From Raillietiella orientalis (taxonomy: Eukaryota): a DNA stretch of 64,000 bases. Shown in pieces: positions 59,801-64,000 of the stretch (its first letter is position 1; every line of letters starts with the position of its first letter). Below the pieces are notes generated by a model. It was not told the origin of the DNA and searched no databases. It saw only the letters and a list, made by a program, of their open reading frames with translations. Where the stretch lies: NCBI GenBank assembly GCA_036172245.1, contig JAYWIR010000013.1, positions 2,790,001 through 2,854,000 of the forward strand, written 5' to 3'. A program made the translations under genes and the position numbers.

Positions 59801-61779
59801 CGCGAGCGGAAGCAGTGGTTTGGGTGGTTCGTTACGGAGACACTCTTGCTAGCAACATTTCACATGGGATGTCGATTCTTCTGTGGATCACATCGATAAA
59901 GCCGGTGAGGGCAATGGACGATGGTTTCTGTCCTCATGGTCACATCTTACTGAAAAGGGATCTCAGACCCATTTCCCTTGACCTTTTACGCTTCTCCCCT
60001 CTCATCATCAGGGATCTCAGTATCGAAGATCCGCTTCACTGCTCCAGATTCACAGGATCATCAGCTAGGCTCTGCGACTCCTGCATGAGTTTGCTCATAG
60101 AGGGAAAGGGAGGGGAGGGAGCGAGAACACAGATTAAAGGTTTTGCTCATCTGTAAGGCAGGACAATGGGATGTAAAGTGCTGTCGCGGACCGAAGATTC
60201 CAACTCAACCCGCTCCACCGCAAGCACCACCCTGGCCCTTGCACGTCAGGCGTTTCAAGCAAAGAAGACCCATAAGTTCCAGGTCATGGAACTGTGGGCG
60301 GAAACGCTCCGCAGCGCCAGCTTCCGTAACCGGAACATAAAGGGAGGCAGAGAATTGTTCCGGCATTGTCCTCACTAATGACATTGCAAACGACGATGGT
60401 GGGCAGCAAATGTAACGTTCAGCTTTGGCAATAATTTCATCGCTCCTCAAGAGAGTTTGACCGAGATGCTTCGTGACAGGAACTGCGACTTCTGGATACC
60501 CTCCGGCAGGACATGGAATCTTCGTCCCCTCCCTCTTCTTCCCTGATGGTGGTTTCTCCTTCTGGAGAAAGGCGAAGAACGGACGGGAGCCTTTTTCTCC
60601 CGATGACGAAGCTTCCCGTGCAGGATGGGCGTGTTGCTAATCGTTGCTAAACGTAAACTTCAGTGTGGCACAACAGCTGCTGGCTTGAAACGAGTGAAGG
60701 GGAGAATTCTCGACGTCTGCTCCCCTGCCTGCTCTTTCCAGTCCCGTCCGCATGACAAGGCTCGTTTCGGGCTGTGACCCATCCGATGTTTCCAGGGTGC
60801 ACCCACGGAAACACTGGACGTGCGAACACGCTGCTGCCCCTTTCTTGCGCGTCCCGTCTGTCTCTTCGGCATCTTCAATTCAGTCATCGCTTTACCTCTT
60901 GGTCCCTCAAAGATCCCAGAGATCTCGTAAGGACTGCTCTTACGAGTGGTGGCACGTCTCCTTTGGAGGAGATGTGAAGATGTAGTCCTCTCTCTGTTTG
61001 CTCTCTTTTTTTCTTCTTCCCATGCCTCCTGTATCCCTGACTGCCGACTCTTCATAGGATGCAATCTCCTATGAGCGCTCTCTGTTCTTCCTGGAGCACC
61101 AGAGCCGACTTCAGGCTGGTGTCCATTCCTGGAATAGGACGATCGAAGGACATCTGTTCCCAATGTTCCGAGTTAGCCCACTTGAACGCTGCAGAAAGGT
61201 TCCCCATGGCTCAGCCGTGATCATGGTTCGTGATCATTGTCGATGCATCTGTTCAGGACGTGACCTAGTGGTTTTTGCCCACCTTACTTACTTTCTGGGT
61301 ATGCTGTTAGCGCCGTTCCTGGCGAGCTATGACGCGCACAGATAGAGAAGGTTGTATAAGGTTGCCACGTGGATGAATCCATGATCTGCAAACCCAAGGC
61401 GAATGAAAAGCGAATGCCTCGAAGCCCGACACTGCCCGACATGCATCTCCCAGGATACGTGCTTGGGCCTTCGTGCTTCCTGCATCCACGCTCTCTTCTG
61501 TTGGCTCGCACGTGCTCCCTTTTTTCTCGAGCGCTTCGAAAGGTTGACACACCGAACGTAGTGGTTTTCGGTGACTTCCTTTCTCATGCATCGACTTTTG
61601 ACCTCGACTCGGAGAGGCTTTGATGGACCAACATGTCCCTTCCCGTTGTCGAGATGCTTTCGACGCCAACAAAGTTTGGAATCTCCCGCCTCCGCATCGC
61701 GGGCTGTTGTGCTCTGAAGGATGGATCGAGGACAACCCCGTTTGGCCACTGCGAAACGGACCAACCAGGTGAGGGCTGG

Positions 61780-62093
61780 TTATCACCCGGGTGCGCCGGG
61801 GCGTTTATTAAAAACTATCCGGGAACAGAGTTCCTGGACAAAGGGGAAAACAAGAGACGAAGGGGGTGGGATCCCCGACACGCAGGTCGGTATGCCGAAA
61901 GTCCGGAACGGGAGGGAGGGGACCACAAATACACTACTATAAAAAATAAAAAGAAAAATATGGAGGGCAGGGGACAGGGGTCTTTGGTTCGGCCGTTCCT
62001 TCCTTTCAGAACCGGCGATGGATGCCGGCGATCTCTCTCCTCACGCTCTCTGGTAGGTGGGCCCACTCGGCAGCCGACGACATGCTTGCGTTG
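61780..62093 (-). mobile_element. 314-bp severely 5'-truncated L1/Tx1-like insertion with perfect 12-bp TSD
   Basis: GGTGAGGGCTGG at 61768-61779 and 62094-62105. The end reads AATAAACGCCCCGGCGCACCCGGGTGATAA on the minus strand. Confidence 0.85.
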
Positions 62094-62599
62094 GGTGAGG
62101 GCTGGCACGACGGCACAGCACCTGTCGACAGTGGATTCATCATCCCTTGGTTGCGATCCAAACCCTTTGGGCACGCCGGTCGGTCTCATCTCGTCGCTAT
62201 GTTCAGCTGCTCGCAATCTAACGTCAGGAAGCAGAAAAGGAGATGCCTCGATGGATTTAGGTCATTTCACAGCTCAGGGATTAGATTCGCGCCGCGGCCA
62301 TCGTCCGACCACAAAAAAATGAAACAAAGAGAGGAAGGAAAGCACGAAGAGTAACATGGCATCTGAATTCCAACTCTGCATCCGACAACTGATGGAACGG
62401 TTCCCCTCCTCCTCCTCTTCCCACTCCTCTCTTCATCCTTTCCTCCTCCTCCTCCTCTATGCTGCTTGCTGCCTTGAGAGATCCTGCCCATGGGTTCGCT
62501 AACAACAGCCAGCAGACTTGAACCTCGCATCCTGCCTGGGTCTTCGGGAGCATCTCTGGCTACAGGTCGCGAGCCCCGCGTGAGCGCCAGTAATTTCTG

Positions 62600-63610
62600 G
62601 ATGTACCAAAAACAGCAGCAGAGAAGTGAAGGTGCTGTCGGATGATCACCCAGATCACCTGCGGAGAGATAGGCCGGAGGGACAGACTTCTCACGGTGAA
62701 ATCAGTCCTTCGCTGTTGGTTGTCTGGCGAAGATTCTTGCCCGAACACACCAAGGTGTGCTCCAGCTCTTGAACACGAGGGCATCTGGGTGCGTGGACAG
62801 CTCGGTAGCCGCGGACGCCGCGACCCCGAGTGCCCCACACAAAGGACTGCTACGCTGCGGAGAGCTGCTAAGAATTCCTCCCGAGCAGTTGCAGTGGCCC
62901 CCAACGTGCTGGGACGGTGCGACCATCCCCCTAAAGTGGCAGGAGTGCCCCTGCTGCTGCTGCACTGGGGTGTCCCGTGCAACACCCGCCAACACCATTG
63001 GGACCCGGCGGAGGAGGCGAGCCCAAAGTGCAGCAGGTGCGGCGAGGGACAGTCCCTCTAGCACCTGCTCGTGCATTGTGTGGCCCTCCGCCCCCTATGG
63101 GAACGCTTTGCCGCGTCCCCGCGGATCCCCGAGGGCGACCCCAGAGACGTTCTTAAGCGTCTCTTCCTTCGCGACGTCCTCACGCCGGCCGCACCCCTAG
63201 CGGCGTCTCTTCGGGATCGGGGCCGCATGGAGCAACAAAGCAAGAGGAGGCCAGGACGACAGGGACGTCATCTATTTTGCCTGCCCTCCTCATGAGGATG
63301 GCGTCAAGATGCCGGACCCATCCGGGGGTGCCGAAACAGGAACTTGCCCGCGTCCTGGCAAGGATGCAGAGGACACCCGCTAGCACCCGATGATCCCTTC
63401 CCGAGCCCCCCTCCCTAATTTTTGGCATTTTGGGGTTTATTTCTCTTTTTGTTCGTCTCCCCTTTGCTGCCGAGGCGAATCCCGCCGGCCTACGCACCGG
63501 TTCCCAGCAGGTCCCCTTCAGTATATCCATGTAACGTGGCAGGATCACGCATCTTGCCACTGACCTCCATGTTTGTTTCTAACAAAGAAACTCCCTGGAG
63601 TGAGCGGGGC
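62600..63610 (+). mobile_element. L1/Tx1-like 3' fragment
   Basis: Contains the zf-RVT region and 3' UTR. 62792-63587 is a near-identical inverted match to 49717-50512, while the terminal motif is diverged. Confidence 0.8.
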
Positions 63611-64000
63611 TCTGTCCACGTGGGTTTCGAAACCGCGGCTCGCGCGGAGACCCCGCACAGCCACGCGGCCCCCGCCGCCTTTCGACGGCTGCTCCTTTGG
63701 AATGGGGGGAGACTTTGCACTCCCCAATGCTTGCTAGGGATGAGAGATGGGGACGCCGTTCCTGCGTACGACCCGAAAGTGTCCGGGCGCTCGGCGCCAT
63801 CAGGGAAACTTTTCCTGCGTCACCAAAGTCCCTGGCCCATTCCTCCCATCTAGACTTTTCTTTTTTGTTTGTAGTCCCCTCCTCCCCCATTCGTTCAGGA
63901 CCTTCCGTTTTCCTAGCCTGCGTGCCAGTGGTATATCCCCGTTGCTGGTTTTCTGTACTCCTCAGCTGGAAACAACTGTTTCGAGCTGGTTTGTGTTAAT

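Noticed and set aside
60900..61750. Integrase relic (minus, SSPYEI) versus endonuclease relic (plus, VVVFGDF)
   Set aside because: The weak motifs conflict on opposite strands, so I cannot assign either without a profile search.

Overview
Eukaryotic, most likely invertebrate animal, repeat-dense DNA in which I can support no intact protein-coding gene. The ORF track is almost entirely GC-driven open frames over decayed transposons. The dominant component is one L1/Tx1-like non-LTR retrotransposon family with about 11 recognisable 3' ends plus endonuclease (EN) and reverse transcriptase (RT) fragments on both strands. Five copies have exact or near-exact 11-15 bp target-site duplications (TSDs). 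The family has no poly(A) tail: it ends at a fixed AATAAA-YGCCCCGG..CGGGTG-NNAA terminus preceded by hairpins with compensatory base changes. These copies sit among older CR1/L2/Jockey-, RTE- and Gypsy-like relics and a mariner remnant with its right terminal inverted repeat (TIR). The most unexpected element is a decayed ~320 bp bacterial fusA-tuf operon junction at 42080-42397 whose sequence resembles Wolbachia as I recall it (candidate nuclear endosymbiont transfer), with strongly A>G/T>C-biased substitutions. Three sets of near-identical 0.4-0.8 kb tracts lie inside otherwise diverged paralogues, suggesting gene conversion or assembly collapse. All family assignments come from motifs read by eye, not from database searches.
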